From Octopus bimaculoides (taxonomy: Eukaryota), in contig NC_068981.1 of assembly GCF_001194135.2 (NCBI RefSeq), positions 128,831,793-128,895,792 of the forward strand: a stretch of 64,000 nucleotides of DNA, given 5' to 3'. Below the pieces are notes generated by a model, which worked only from the letters and a program-made list of their open reading frames with translations, ran no database searches and was not told where the DNA came from. Of the stretch, positions 1 to 13,629 are shown in pieces (positions within the stretch are counted from its first letter, which is position 1; each line of letters opens with the position of its first letter). A program made the translations under genes and the position numbers.

Positions 1-513
1 AATATGAAATCAATTCGAACAAAAAATTGACGCTGGCAACNNNNNNNNNNACTATTATATTATTAGTAGTAAATTATAGATCTATCTAAAATAACTAGCT
101 AGATCCGTGAAAAAAATCACGGAAAATATAAGAAATGTAAGCATTTTCAGGATGTTGACGACAAAATGTGCAGTCACGCACAAAATGAGTTTCCAAATCC
201 CGTTTCCTCACTGGGTGAAAATGATCAAACTTTAAACCTCAATAACTTTTTAAAAACATATTTCTAGAAAAAAAATTAAATAACTCCAGCAATTCAGTTT
301 GGGCAAGTGTATTATTGTGCCAACGTGGGAGTAACCAGTGAACATCAAAGAATCAACACCAAGAAGGAAGAAATAGTATTTACATATATTTATTCTTTTG
401 CCCGACAGGTAGTTAGAGGACGGATAGTTGTTGTCTGCTAGTAGAGAGGGAAAAAGTAAGGAATGCACGGTACTGACGAGAAAGGAAGAAAGGATAAAGG
501 TGGTTCTGCTCTG

Positions 514-530
514 ATTGGTTGTATGCAAAT
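514..530 (+). promoter_or_regulatory. Reverse CCAAT box (ATTGG) next to a perfect octamer ATGCAAAT
   Basis: CTGATTGGTTGTATGCAAATGAG lies in a CpG-retaining stretch about 250 bp upstream of a candidate start exon. Confidence 0.4.
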
Positions 531-776
531 GAGTTCATTACTGGGGTCCGGCACTATCGTGGGAAAAAAATCTCGCGGGCTGGCACTGTATACACACATA
601 TACATACAGACAGACAGGCAGACGGTGATATACACGAGCACACACGATCGTGGAAGTCAACTCGCAAATCAATACGACCACTTTGACATTGTATTTCTTA
701 GAGCAGCAACACCTAAGGGCGTTGCCTTGCTGGTGACTGGCAGATCACGACTGCTCCTACCTAGGCTCCAACAACC

Positions 777-795
777 ATGTGTCCTCACGAGCGAG
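777..795 (+). CDS. Putative first coding exon of an unknown gene (MCPHER|phase 1)
   Basis: acaaccATG context with an in-frame TAG just upstream, and donor GAG|GTAAAA. No homology recognised. Confidence 0.25.
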
Positions 796-2069
796 GTAAA
801 ACAGAAGTACATGTGTTACCCCAACTACTGGAGTGACAATGACCACTTCTGAATGATACATTATCAGTTTAATGTTTCTTAGTTCCTATGCATGAAGTTG
901 ACAAGAGCGAATGAAGCATACACATGACTACATTCACATATCAGAGATAACGGCTTTTCCTCTAAGTTGGGATGGCCTGAAACTAAACGATCCTGGTTTC
1001 ACATTAGAGTATCCATCTCAAAGACAAATATTCTCGCAATAACTAACTTACTAAAGTGATTTTAACACATTCATTCCCTGTCTCGAGAACGAATTAACGA
1101 GTCTTGATTTTTATCTTGCTGGCTTACTCGTCCTCGTCAGGCCAATTTAGTCGGCGACGACCCAAGTCGTTACAGGTTGTATTAGGTTACATATTCCCAG
1201 AGACACTCAAAGCAACCTGATGCGCGCGTACACATCATACGTACATAAACACATATATGTGCAGAAAATGGAGAATACCCATTACTTCCTTCTGCTGCTA
1301 CCCTTTTCGGCTACGGGGAATACGAATCTGCAAAAAAATTGGCAAAAATCGACATTTCTAAATTACACCCACCCCCATTTTAAAACTTTTTTCGGAATTT
1401 TTTTTTTCAAAATATGCGGAAAAATACGGAGATTATGATTCTGAAAAAAAATTTCCAAAAATCTTTATAAAATTTTTTTTTAAGAATTTTTTTTTTTTTT
1501 TTNNNNNNNNNNNNNNNNNNNNNNNNNNNNNNNNNNNNNNNNNNNNNNNNNNNNNNNNNNNNNNNNNNNNNNNNNNNNNNNNNNNNNNNNNNNNNNNNNN
1601 NNNNNNNNNNNNNNNNNNNNNNNNNNNNNNNNNNNNNNNNNNNNNNNNNNNNNNNNNNNNNNNNNNNNNNNNNNNNNNNNNNNNNNNNNNNNNNNNNNNN
1701 NNNNNNNNNNNNATCCGAAAACGGGGATTTTTGGGAAAAAGAAAAAAACATTTTAACAAACAAATTTGGGAGAAAATTGAGGTGGAGGGGGGGGGGCGGA
1801 AATCTTTCCGTGATAAGTTCAAAAGAAGCTATGTTCGATCACTTAGAATAAAAGAAGTCAAAGATAAGTCTGAGGATGAATGAAAATAGCTTCCGACGAG
1901 CCATACGCGAAACAAAATATATATTTTGACGGACTAACGATTATAGATTAGATATTTTTACACACAGCGTAAGTCACTAATCATATGTAATGCATTTCTA
2001 ATTTTTTTTCCCTACTGGTGGGAAAATGAGAAAATTAGTTGTGCACGCATGGCTAGTTTAGTCTGAACT

Positions 2070-3050
2070 TGTAACATCAATTAGGTTATTACGTTAACCA
2101 TGGTTGCTTTGTTTTCTGTTTGCTTCAACAAATAATAGTGTTCAGTTGTCTATTTTTTGTAAGATGAAGAGAAATTCATTGAAGGCTTTCAGCAAGGAAA
2201 CTGCTTCGGCTGATAAGAATTGTCTATGAATGGATTGAAGAATTCAAAATGTTCACACAAGTATCACAGAAACCTGAAAGACGTCAAGACAATATTGAAC
2301 TCGACGTGATTTTGTTAAACAGACGGGTGACTTGATGAAATGAAAAATTATATAGAAATTAGCCATAGTTCTACCTCTGGAACCATCTACAACAGACTTA
2401 GTAAAGTTTGTTTAAAATAACTCACAGGACTGCACAAGTATATTGGAATCGGCCAATGATTTGAATTACTATGGAAACGGAAGGGAAAATCATAACAGGC
2501 AATGGAACCATAGATACAACACTATGATAATCACAAGTATATAAGAGTATGGAATAGGTGAAACATCTATAATCGCCCCTCGGGGGAAAAAAGTTCATAA
2601 TTCAACCAACAGCAGGAAAAGTGACGCTGACTGACTAAAACGGAACTAGATAATAAACCGTATAAACATGCTCTGTGACAAGCTAACGCAGGCCATTCGA
2701 AACACACCACAGATTATTACTACCGAAGATTATTGTTGCTCACTCTGTTGAAATTCTCTAGAAAATGAAATCTGAAATAATGGAGCATCTTCCATATAGA
2801 CTTGACCTTGCGTCTTCGGTTCACTCAAAGACACCCGAAGATGCCATTAATTTGGTATAGACAATGTGAAGGCAGTGATCGCTCAGTTTTGAAGTACATT
2901 TTTGTTCTTAGGACATGCATAAAAAAAACCTGTGCTACGACGGACCAAGTGTGCTTAGAAGGCACGGTAACAAGGTTAAAAAATTTGTTTGTACTGTTTT
3001 CTGTAATAAATTTATGAAAAATAATGAAAAAAGATCACTGAACTACCCAA
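2070..3050 (+). mobile_element. Degraded Tc1/mariner transposase relic
   Basis: Frame-broken remnants of mariner motifs: VYEWIEEFK (HTH), RRVT, KIITGNGT (ITGDETW-like) and MEHLPYRLDLAS (HPPYSPDLAP-like). Confidence 0.7.
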
Positions 3051-3689
3051 GTGGCAACATTTGGAACAGAAAATTTAGGCAGCAAATATTATCAATATAT
3101 TAACAACAGCACAGCTAAAACAATTTTATTCTTAACGTAACTTCATTAAGACTTCATAATTTATATGCCACATCGGGCTTCACAGTTTGTGAATGAAGTT
3201 ACGTCTGAGAAACTTCGGATCACAAGCTAATATTAGCCAACGATGTCATCTCTTAACTAGATTTCTGACCTCAATTTTTAAAATAGGTTATGGACCATAG
3301 ATTATTTATGAAGTATCTCTTAAGAGCTGTACGTGTGTATATTCGTGTGTACATGCAATGGTGAAGAATGTGCTACATTCATCTATATTCAATAAATTTC
3401 ACCTACATTGAGGTCAAGCTACTTATTTTATATTATATCACAAGTGAACAATAGCCATTACTGATTACGAGTTCCCGATGGACCCATAACTGATTCATCA
3501 TACTTCTGACGACGAAAATGACAAGGGACTGTCTATAACTCGGTACAGAACAAATGTATCAAGAACACTTCCTTCAAAGTGAACAAGTTTTTCGGTTTTC
3601 TCGCTGACACATACACATGTACATACACACACACACGTATATATATGTGCGTACATATGTACGTAAGTGATTTTTCAGTTTCTTATTTC

Positions 3690-3920
3690 TTTATTGTCCA
3701 CAAGGGGCTAAACATAGAAGGGACAAACAAGGATAGACTACAAAGGGATTAAGTCGATTACATCGACCCTAGTGCATAGCTGGTACTTAATTTATCGACC
3801 TCGAAAGGATGAAAGGCAAAGTCGACCTCGGCGGAATTTGAACTCAGAACGTAATGGCAGACGAAATACCGCTAAGCATTTCGTCCAGCGTGCTAACGTT
3901 TCTGCCAGCTCGCCGCCTTT
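3690..3920 (-). mobile_element. SINE family A (tRNA head GTTCAAATTCC; core GTCGACTTTGCCTTTCATCCTTTCGGGGTCGATAAATTAAGTACC)
   Basis: Near full-length, CpG-intact copy of a family with more than 15 copies in the window. Confidence 0.85.
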
Positions 3921-4641
3921 TGATTTTTCAGTTTCTGTCAACCAAATTCCACACACAAAAATTTAGAGGAAGGCATTAGTACTTGACTGCGAAGCGAACT
4001 TCTCAACCACGCATCCATTTCCGTGGACGTGCACATATAATCGACTGTAACATTGACTTCTGGACAAGGTATACATATTATACTTGTTTCGTTTGCTATA
4101 CTGAAAAATAAAAACCACTTAGACTTTTTATTGTTTAGCTGTGACCATCTGTCACTTTACGATGAATAGTTTACTCATAACCACATCAAACGGCCTTCTT
4201 TTCTACAATAGTGGAGGAAATTTGGTTACTATTTCTAGCAACGTCTACAAAAACGTTTCGTATATGATTGAGATACGGAAACTTGTTATTTAGCACTAAA
4301 CTGATCGCGCAAACTAATGATCAAAAGCTTTTCAGTTACGACTATCACATCTTTTAGAGAAATCTAAGGCTATAAAATACCCAACTTACCTCTCCCTATT
4401 TAAGACGATAGAGTGTAACTTGAAGATATTTTGGTTGCTGTTATTTCTAGCACGTTGCGCGACAACGTAGAAGCTCTCTTATTGATTCGAAATGCAAGAC
4501 TTCAAGGAAGCGAACAATAGTATTTAAAAGTGCATATTAACATGTTGCCTTTTTCTGCAGTGACATGTAAATTGTTCCTCGTAAAGTGACGGACAGTCGC
4601 AGCTAAACAGTAAAATAGTCTAAGTGGTTCTTATTTTTCAG

Positions 4642-4658
4642 TATATGAAAGACTACAG
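4642..4658 (+). CDS. Putative 17-nt microexon
   Basis: ttatttttcAG|TATATGAAAGACTACAG|GTGAGT has strong acceptor and donor sites. It is phase-compatible with 777-795 (MCPHER-VYERLQ). Confidence 0.25.
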
Positions 4659-6111
4659 GTGAGTAATCCGAACCAAAATATCCTAAATATTCCTCTCAAT
4701 ACACTGACAACATTCAACGGAATATATTGCAGCAGCACGTGTCTAGGTGATATAATTCTGACTGCAACATCCAGCATGTGATTAAACTAGCACTGTATAC
4801 GGGTGTGTTTGTGCAGTGTATGTATGGTATATAATTGAAAATTCCATAAATGTGTGCGCGTGCGCGTGATTTCCTGGCGGAGTTGTATGGTGCAGTGCAG
4901 ATGTCACGTATTTATAAATTACAAGTTTTAGGATGACTGACTGGAATTAAGGTTGTTGATACTTGTGTAATCTGTATGAAAGTAAATGAGTGAGACTAAA
5001 ATTCAAACCACACCTTTGATAACATTTCCTTCTGTCAATAACATACTGTGAAGGAGAAGTCTAACTCAGGGAGTTAACACAGGCACATATACAAAACCTA
5101 TGTAAATAAAGCGAAAATATGCATAAGGATTCCTGTCACTACCGCCTTTACATCGTTTAGTTTGTTTTTTTCCCCTCACTCTAAATGTTTCTCCCCTTCC
5201 ATCAACAATCGTTATTTCTACCCTTTCTTTCTCTTTATCACATTTCATCTTTCTCTGAGGAAGGGTTCTTCTGGAAATGTTAAACTTTTTACTTCCTCGT
5301 GACATGAAATTTATTCCACTTTATTCCACTTTTTTAAAAATTATTATTTATGTTCTGAGTCCAAATCTCACCGAGGTCATCTTTGCCTTTCAACCCTCCG
5401 AGGTCATCTTTGCCTTTCAACCTGTCCTTTAAAAATTGATGGCCTCACTATTATCTAACACTCATCAGGGAAATGGAAGGCGTCCATAAAGGAACGGTAT
5501 TCTCCTCCTTTCAGCTCACGCTCTTTCCCAACCTCAACCGCAAAGACTAGCGATTCCCTGGTTCCTAAAACTCAATTTCTATCGCTGTTCACTATAAACA
5601 AATCGCTCGACAATTACGGTGTAGTTGTATTGATCACAATCATGCAGTCACTCGCCAAACGAAACAAATTAACCGTGACACAATGGTTTTGCTACAGACC
5701 TATATAGTGACCCACGTGCAACAAGGTCAAATTTTAGTCAATGTTTTTTGTTTTGTTTTTTCCTGGACGAAGAAGGAACAAGTATTTTTCAGTAATTTTT
5801 GATTACATAAATAGAACTTAAGTTGTTACATCGTCTTTTTCCTTGGAAAGCTTTAGTACCATACAAATCAACCTAAACTTTTTTTTTCGTACAGAATTCT
5901 CATTTAAGTTAGTCTTAACTTAAAAATAACAAGTCACATTTAAGCTGAACGGGAAATCAATTTGTTGCATCTAATTTTCTACCAGCTGCCCGTACCACAT
6001 GCGCTATGTTTTGTTGCCTTTTGTTTTTCTGTTTATCTCAGCAACATAATGCACTCTCACTACATATGACACTAAAAGGAAGCTTTAATTAATGCACGTT
6101 ATTTTTACAAT

Positions 6112-6365
6112 ATTCTTTTCTACTCTAGGTACAAGGCCCGAAATTTTGGGGGAGGGGGATAGTCGATTAGGTCGATCCAGTACGCAACTGGTACTTAATT
6201 TATCGACCCCGAAAGGATGAAAGGCAAAGTCGACATCGGTGGACTTTGCCTTTCATCCTTTCGGGGTCGATAAATTAAGTACCAGCTGAGTACTGGGGTC
6301 GATGTAATCGACTTGTCCCTTCCAACAAAATTTCAGGCCTTGTGCCTATAGTAGAAAGGAGTTAT
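6112..6365. mobile_element. Two 5'-truncated family A SINEs fused in inverted orientation
   Basis: 6188-6231 and 6242-6285 are exact reverse complements (44 bp), with a 10-nt spacer and SINE tails facing outward. Confidence 0.85.
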
Positions 6366-7080
6366 TCCTACAATATTGAATTATATACACAGCATATGCA
6401 TAAGAATTTTTACAAGACATTTATACAAACCTTTCTTTTATTAACGTTGCAATTGAAACTTGTGATATTTCTCAGTATACTTTGCTGTCTAATTCAAACT
6501 TGTACTTCACCTACGTTTGAAATAATGAGCTATATCTACAAGTTAATAACCACTAGGCCGAAAGAAGTCTTTATTTCTGATGGTAGTTAGGAAATTAAAG
6601 GGCTATTATAATTAATATATTGTTGTTATCTTTGGTATCCTATCTTTTCTATATTGCAGTTATAGAGTTATCAGCCATTCAATATCAATAACATTATAGT
6701 ATAAATCACTTTCATTTTATTCTGAAATACATTATTACGGCTGATTTCCGCAACTTATTGGAATTTTCATTGATATTTCGGCGTGACGAAATAACTTCAC
6801 CCAAAGAATAACCATAGTGTTATGTTCGAAAGAGTTGAAGATTGTGCTTCATGCTAGTAACTGAATGATAGTTAAGGTCTATTAAAGCATCGTTTTTCAT
6901 AGGGTAAGACCTGCGAGGATTGAAAATTAGACAAATGGCCGTATTTAATCAAACATTAAAATACTTTAAAACTTTAAACTTGTCCAACAACACGGCGAAG
7001 AATTATATGGAATGCAATTTTAACTCGTCTTCCCATTAATAAATACATTCTAGTATAGATGGGAAGGGCAAAAAATTTCA

Positions 7081-7117
<37 letters not shown>

Positions 7118-8632
7118 TGAGAGAAACTAGGACTTGTCAGTTTGATAACCACTGTATAAAAGGACATTGTAGAGAAAACTATGATACGAAAATATTTCTA
7201 AAATGTTTAAATTACAGAGTACAGACCATACTTATTTGAGAAAAGAAGCCATAAGAATCAGAGCTATTTTAGAGGGAAAGCAATCCAATTTTGCAACATT
7301 TAATATCACCAGATAATGTCCATTCTATGAATAATAAATAGGTGTATGCATGAGTGTTTGTACGTATGTATATATAATAAAAAAAAAAATCCGCGAGGTT
7401 TTAAAAAAGTCTCAAAGGTTTCAAGCCTTTGATGTGACTACTAAGACTTCTTGACAGTCATAAAATCTTTGGATTTGACAATGCACACGAATAAATAAAT
7501 CAATGAAGAAATAAATAAAGGGCTTTCATGATCTGCATTTCCCGTTCGCATTTAGCGTTGCAATGTAAATAGCAGACAAACCTTATAAATAGAGGACGCT
7601 AGATATAGTAACAAACTATTTTGAGGCCCAAATACAATTAGATTGAACATATAAGGCATTCAAATCAATGCAATTAAGTATAGAAACGAATTACAGACAT
7701 GTAATTCTGATACCCAAGCTTTGTTTTTGAGAGAAGGGGGGGGGAATAGAAAAAACGAATTGTGGCATTTGTTAGATCTCAATAAAGAAGTCATGGAATA
7801 CTGAAAATGTTTTACAGAAAAATTAAAGCAAAATTATTAAAATATCCTTGTAAGGAAATAAGTGGCACATTATGGTTTTCGTCGACATACATCTTATGTG
7901 TGAAAGTTATGGGGTTTCATTCCTTTCTCAAAACACATCAACGATGTCAGTGGGGCAATTAATTAACACTTGTGAATTGACTGAAATAAAGCAATGTCAA
8001 CTTTCTTATGAATGTCATTTGAAACTGACGGGTAAGCCTTCGCATGGTCCTCCCCTCAAACCACACTCTGCTGTCTTAAACACATTGCATAACATATATA
8101 ATCTAAAATTACATTATCGTTGAAAAAAAAACCCCGGATAGTTATAATTGAAATGGCTTTCTTCAAAGGAGAGTTAAGTGCTGAACTGGAGCTATATAAC
8201 AAGAATCTCTTCCATGCATCTTAAAAGACGATTTCGTTCGCCTCTGTGTGTGTATACGTGCGTACGTGTGTGTGTGCGTGAGTTCGTAAGTCTGTATATG
8301 TATGTATGTATGTCCGCGCGCGCGTGTGTGCGTGTGCGTGCGCGCTCTCGATCGAAGCTTAACTGAGACATGGAGCTAAACAACATTGATTTATTGTGCC
8401 TTGGCACAACGCCTGTCCGCGAGAGGGGTGTAGTCGATAATTTTCCTTAGAGTATGACTGGTATTCATGTTACTGATTTCTAATCCATGCTGAAAACGGT
8501 TAGACACCGGCTTAGATTACTGCAAAGCATCCAACAACTTAAGTTTCTGTCTCGTCCATTACACAACGCTAGCAATTAGACATGCACGTCGCTAAATATT
8601 TAAAACCATGCACCGAAATAAAAGAGCAATAA

Positions 8633-8770
8633 TGATCCTTTCTATTATAGGCACAAGGCCTGAAATTTGGTGGAGGGGAATAGTCGATTAGATCGACCCT
8701 CAGTACTCAACTGGTACTTAATTTATCGCCCCCGAAGGGATGAAAGGTAAAGTCGACCTCGGCGGAATAA
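8633..8770 (-). mobile_element. SINE family A, 3' half
   Basis: Same core and ggcacaaggcc tail as other copies. Confidence 0.8.
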
Positions 8771-9531
8771 AAGAGTAGTAATGGCAGTTCAATGAAAGAG
8801 TCTATACTACATTATCGCTGGCCTAGCTAGAAACTGTAGCCAAATCACTCTCATTCACATTTAATGGCATATCTGCTCGATCAGATTAACTTCGAGTTAA
8901 ACAATAAGAAGCAATAATAACGATTACTACAAGTACACGACGCCCCCTTTTTTTTTCTTTAAGAGGAGATTGTATGTATAATCGATACAACCTACATGTT
9001 TATTACAGAAATTTATTTTATCGATCCTGGAGATATTAAAATCAAAGTCCCAACGCATTTCTCTCTAAAACAGAAGCATCTTTATATTCTATATATTATG
9101 AGAAAGAAAAACGGTTTTATTTTGATTAGGTAGAATTACAAATTTTGTAGAGGAATAAGCGTGTATGCATAGAGATAGAGAGAGAGAGGTAGATAGATAG
9201 AGAGATAGATAGATAGATAGATAGATAGAGAGATAGATAGATGAGAGAGAGGGAGATTTATTTACACATACATATTGTATATATGTAAGTACATATATAC
9301 GTACGTATGTACGTATGCTTGTGTGCATGCAAACATGCATAGAAGTATATTAATGATATTTATTTTATCGAAACCCTAAGAAGAAAGCGAAGTCGATCCC
9401 AAGACAATTTTCATCGATTCGCACCCACAGACACTGAAATTGATCATTCAGAGCAATGTTGTAGGTTATATAGATGGCAAATATGATAAATAAATAAAAA
9501 TAATTATAAGTGTTGTTAATTGTAAACTTAC

Positions 9532-9595
9532 ATTGTAAACAATACTCAGCATGTTCACTGCCGTCTAAAGCGACCAGGATTCTTCTTGCTGACAT
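9532..9595 (-). CDS. Universal stress protein (UspA-like) paralog A, first coding exon
   Basis: ATG at 9595 reads MSARRILVALDGSEHAEYCLQ+T, matching the USP N-terminal beta1 motif (ILVAxDGSxxS/A). It is followed directly by a consensus GTAAGT donor at 9531 (phase 1). Downstream exons were not found. Confidence 0.85.
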
Positions 9596-11277
9596 TTTGC
9601 TAGTAAGAACGTGTTTTATGCCCTCGGAAGTTTTCCTCCCTCTCTCTTTAATATGATTTTTTTCCCCCTCCGAGAATGACAAAATTCCTTTAGTGACACC
9701 TGACAGACGGAGATTTGTTTGTTTTTTAGTGTACCGTATTCGCGTTGCTTTCGTCCTCTTCCTAGGCTGAGCAGATGAGTGTGTCTACGTGACGTTCGCT
9801 CTATAACGTCATCTCTGACTTGAAGCATTATAGCGGTGGCGTCGAAAGACTGTGGCAAAAGTGGGGGAAGCATTTGTGGCTAACAGTGGTGGTGGCGACG
9901 GAGAAGGGGTAATATGTAGCATTAGATTGTGGAGACGGTGCTGGTGGGGCGGGCAGCGGTGGATCAGATGGTGGGATTGTCTCGGGGGTGGTTTGTGATT
10001 AAGTAGAGCAGAAGGGGTTGGGTCAGAAGTGGTACTCAAAAGGTGACTTCTGTAAGTATGCATAGTGGCGATACGATTGTATAAAAGGGAAAGGAATATA
10101 GCATTGAGAATAAAAGAAGTAGGTAGGTGAAACAGAGAGATGAGTAGAGTATGGTATTCAATCAAAACGCAGTATTTCAAGAGGGTGGGAAAGTTTCTTC
10201 TTCAATTCCCATGATCGTCTGTATATTTACAATTTATTGATTAAAAAAAATAATAAATAAATAACTCGAGTATATTCTTCGTTCTAACTAGAGAAAGCTT
10301 GCCAGATCTTCCTGATTCGCACCACTGATGTTTTCATACACCCAGCTCTCGACACTCGCTCAACCTTTTCTTTCTGCATCCATCCTGACACTTTCTGACG
10401 AAATACGTTCGCAAATCAGCTTGTTTGGCTTCTCAATTTTCATATTATACGTATTTACATGGAATAAAATTAAAAAGAAAACTCCATTTTATACTTAAGA
10501 CACCAACTGTTGCAAACTTGGGACAAGATGTAATTTTACTCAGACTAACGCATTTCTCTACCTCAATCTTTCTATTCTGTATTGATTAACTGGAAGCCAG
10601 AATCGGAATTCTGCAGAAATTCAGTTCAGTTCGCTTTTGCATTTACGGAAACGACGGTTTCGAACAGCGTTTAAAGAAGAAAAAAAAATCAATATAGATT
10701 TTAGCCTCTTTCGTGTTCTCTTTTACTCTTTCTTTCTCTAATTTCCCATTCCTCTTTCTACAGTGTTCTCTCTTATCTTCCCTCTTTCTCTGATTCTCCT
10801 CATACTTTCCCTTTCTCATTAACAATTTTTCTGTTACAGTATCATTGGCTACTAAACTTAAAGGAGAGTAAACTTACTGATGTAGATTGATTGATAATTG
10901 GTGCAGAGAACCGCAAATTTCAATTGTTTATAGCTTTAGAAATCAATAAAGCTTGACACGGTCGATAGATCTACTGATGATAACAAAACATGTAATACAA
11001 TCCGATATTCCTTCCTTGATTTGACCTAATTGTCACTATTAGGAATTGAAAGTCGTGAAAGGACCAGGTAACAGGAAAGTTACCTCATCTCTTTACCAGC
11101 TTTTATATTTATAAAAGAATTAAAATTATAACAATCATTGTCTATCATGCAATGTTATAGTAATATATTCTTTGATGGATAATTATCCCAAAACACCTTG
11201 CTCACAAAACTCACAATTGCAGCCTTTCTTTGAGCATCTTAGAATCAAGGAGAAATTTGAGCTCAGTACCTTAAGTG

Positions 11278-11600
11278 AAGGCACTTGGCTTAGTGGTTAG
11301 GGTATTCGGCTCATGATTGTAAGGTTGTAAGTTCAAGTCCTAGTCGTGCATTGTCCTTGAGCAAAACACTTTATTTCACATTGCTTCAGTCCACTCAGCT
11401 GGCAAAAATGAGTAGTACCTATATTTCAAAGGTCCAGCCTTGTCGCATTCTGTGATACACTGAATCTTGAGAACTATGTTAAGAGTACACATACATGTGT
11501 CTGTAGAGTACTCAGCCACTTGCATGTTATTTTCATGAGCAGGTTGTTCCATTGATTGGATCAACTGGAACCCTCATTGTCATAACCAATGGAGTGCCAG
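11278..11600 (+). mobile_element. SINE family C (tRNA head TGGCTTAGTGG...GTTCAAGTCC; CORE-like TGTCCTTGAGCAA segment)
   Basis: A- and B-box head. Homologous copies lie at about 12120-12435 (-), 19425-19730 (-) and 27725-27880 (+, partial). Confidence 0.8.
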
Positions 11601-12119
11601 ATGCCTTAAGTCAACAAAAATGCTCAATTCTAGAGTCTCATTAGTCATTAGACCTAGGTGGAGTGGGCCAGAATCAAGATATGAACAATTGAGCCTTTGG
11701 TTTCTATTTGGCACCCTATCAATTAATCCTGTCTGGCTTTCTTAAAGAACTAGGCTTTAAAACAATGTCGTATTTTGTATTTCATTGTTAATACGTTAGC
11801 ATATTCAGTCAACTTCTACACATTGTATCTACCTGGTCTGTGACAGCATTGTTATTGTAATATCATTGAAGCAGTGCTTTGCATCTGGTCAGAATGATTT
11901 CTGATGACTCAGTTCAATGTTGTGAACAATTTCAAGGGTTACTACTTAGATTATGTTAGTGAACCACAATAGTTACTTATAGAAGAGTGAAGTTTCAAAT
12001 TTGTTTCTCTTGCTGCTGTGTATTGCTAACTATTATAAACAAAAACTGGTGATGAGCATTTGCAACTCTAATAATCAACAAGCAACTCTAATGGAATCTA
12101 AGCTAAAACAGGCACTCCA

Positions 12120-12435
12120 TTACTTACAACGATGAGGGTTTCAGTTGATCCAATCAATGGAACAGCCTGCAAGTGAAATTAACGTGCAAATGACTGAGCA
12201 TTTCACAGACACACAGACCCTTAATTTAGTTCTCAGGGAGATTCAGTGTAGCACAGAATGTGACATGGCTGGCCCTTTAAAATACAGGGACTACTCGTTT
12301 TTGCCAGCTAAGTGAACTGGAGCAACATGAAATAAAGTGTCTTGCTCAGGGATGCAAAGCACCACCAGGAATTGAACTCATGACCTTATGCTCCTGAGCC
12401 GAATACCCTAACCACTAAGCTATGTACCTTCACCT
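12120..12435 (-). mobile_element. SINE family C
   Basis: Reverse-complement match to the 11278-11600 copy. Confidence 0.8.
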
Positions 12436-13297
12436 AATGGAATCTAATAAACACTTATATCTTGATAATACTGAAGAAGCAGAAATATGGTTAATGCTGT
12501 TTAACTCAAAACTGATGATTGATGATACTGACTGAATAGATTAAACCAAAATTACTTGCACAATATGGCATCAATCGAGAACAATGGATTTGACAGAATC
12601 ACTAGAGTATCACACAAAAATATCCTGTTGTAATTCTTCTTACTCTTTACATTCAATGTTCAAATCCTACCAAGATCAATTTTGTCTTTCATCCTTTCAG
12701 CATAGATAAAATAAAGTACTAGTCAAAGATTGGAGTTGATAATATTGACAAAACTCCTTTCTTCAAAACTACTGACATTGTGTCTAAATTAGAAACAATT
12801 GGCATTTATGCAATCATCAAACTGAAAAATATCTAATATCCTTCAATGATTCAAGATTAGTGTTCTATTAAAAAAGAAGAAAAAACTAAAGATAGACATC
12901 TCAGGCAGGTTTGAATCTGGGGGTAAAAGCAAGAACCAGCTAATAATTTCATACTAAGGCTTGGTGCAATTTTCTAAGTGAACATAAGGGCTGCATGTGA
13001 TGAATAATTTTGATTATTTTAACTGTCTAAGTATTAGTAAATATTATTTGGTCATGTATGTCAGAAAGCAATGCTTTTGTATGTCAGAAAGCAATGCATT
13101 TGTAAAGAACATTGTGTCAAACTGACCTGAGTCAAACTATAATCCACTAACAGCATGAACATAACTAATGGTTTTACCAAGCATGTAAAAGATTTTGAAA
13201 TCATTTTGTAATAATTCAAAGATCTACCTGGCAATCTGCTGAGAAACTTGCCTGGAAACATCTAGATCCTTTGAAAAAAAAATGAATTGCAACAGCC

Positions 13298-13629
13298 AGT
13301 GGTTCTCAATAGGGTCCACACTGCCTCTACAGGATATACAGAGCAAAATTATATATTAAAAATTTATTTCAGGAGACCATCACTAAGTAAAAGAATTATA
13401 GAGAAAAGAGAATTATTTTGAAAACCAAGATTCATGTGTGAAAATTGCTTTAATGTGGAATGAAGCCAAGCTATTTTGATTGCTTTTTCATCACCCTGTT
13501 TTGTAGAGAAAGATTTTAGTATAGTAACTCAGAATTTTGACAAAGAATACAAACTGAGTAGAAATAATGGGGTATAGAGCTTAATAAGAGAGATTTAGTA
13601 GTGAAATGCTAAACTGGTTGAGAACTACA
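13298..13629. mobile_element. hAT/Charlie-type MITE
   Basis: Terminal inverted repeats CAGTGGTTCTCAA ... TTGAGAACTAC. Confidence 0.55.

Noticed and set aside
463-852. 129-aa plus-strand ORF
   Set aside because: It runs through promoter-like motifs and a CA/GA repeat, and has no recognisable domain.
5066-5305. Minus ORF ending ...YVPVLTP, reminiscent of a USP C-terminus
   Set aside because: It lacks GxRG and GSVS motifs and a suitable acceptor. Purine-rich composition explains the open frame.
9365-9440. Nearby acceptors as possible USP-A exon 2
   Set aside because: Phase-1 joins give W-F-R-stop or L-S-V-G-A-N-R-stop.
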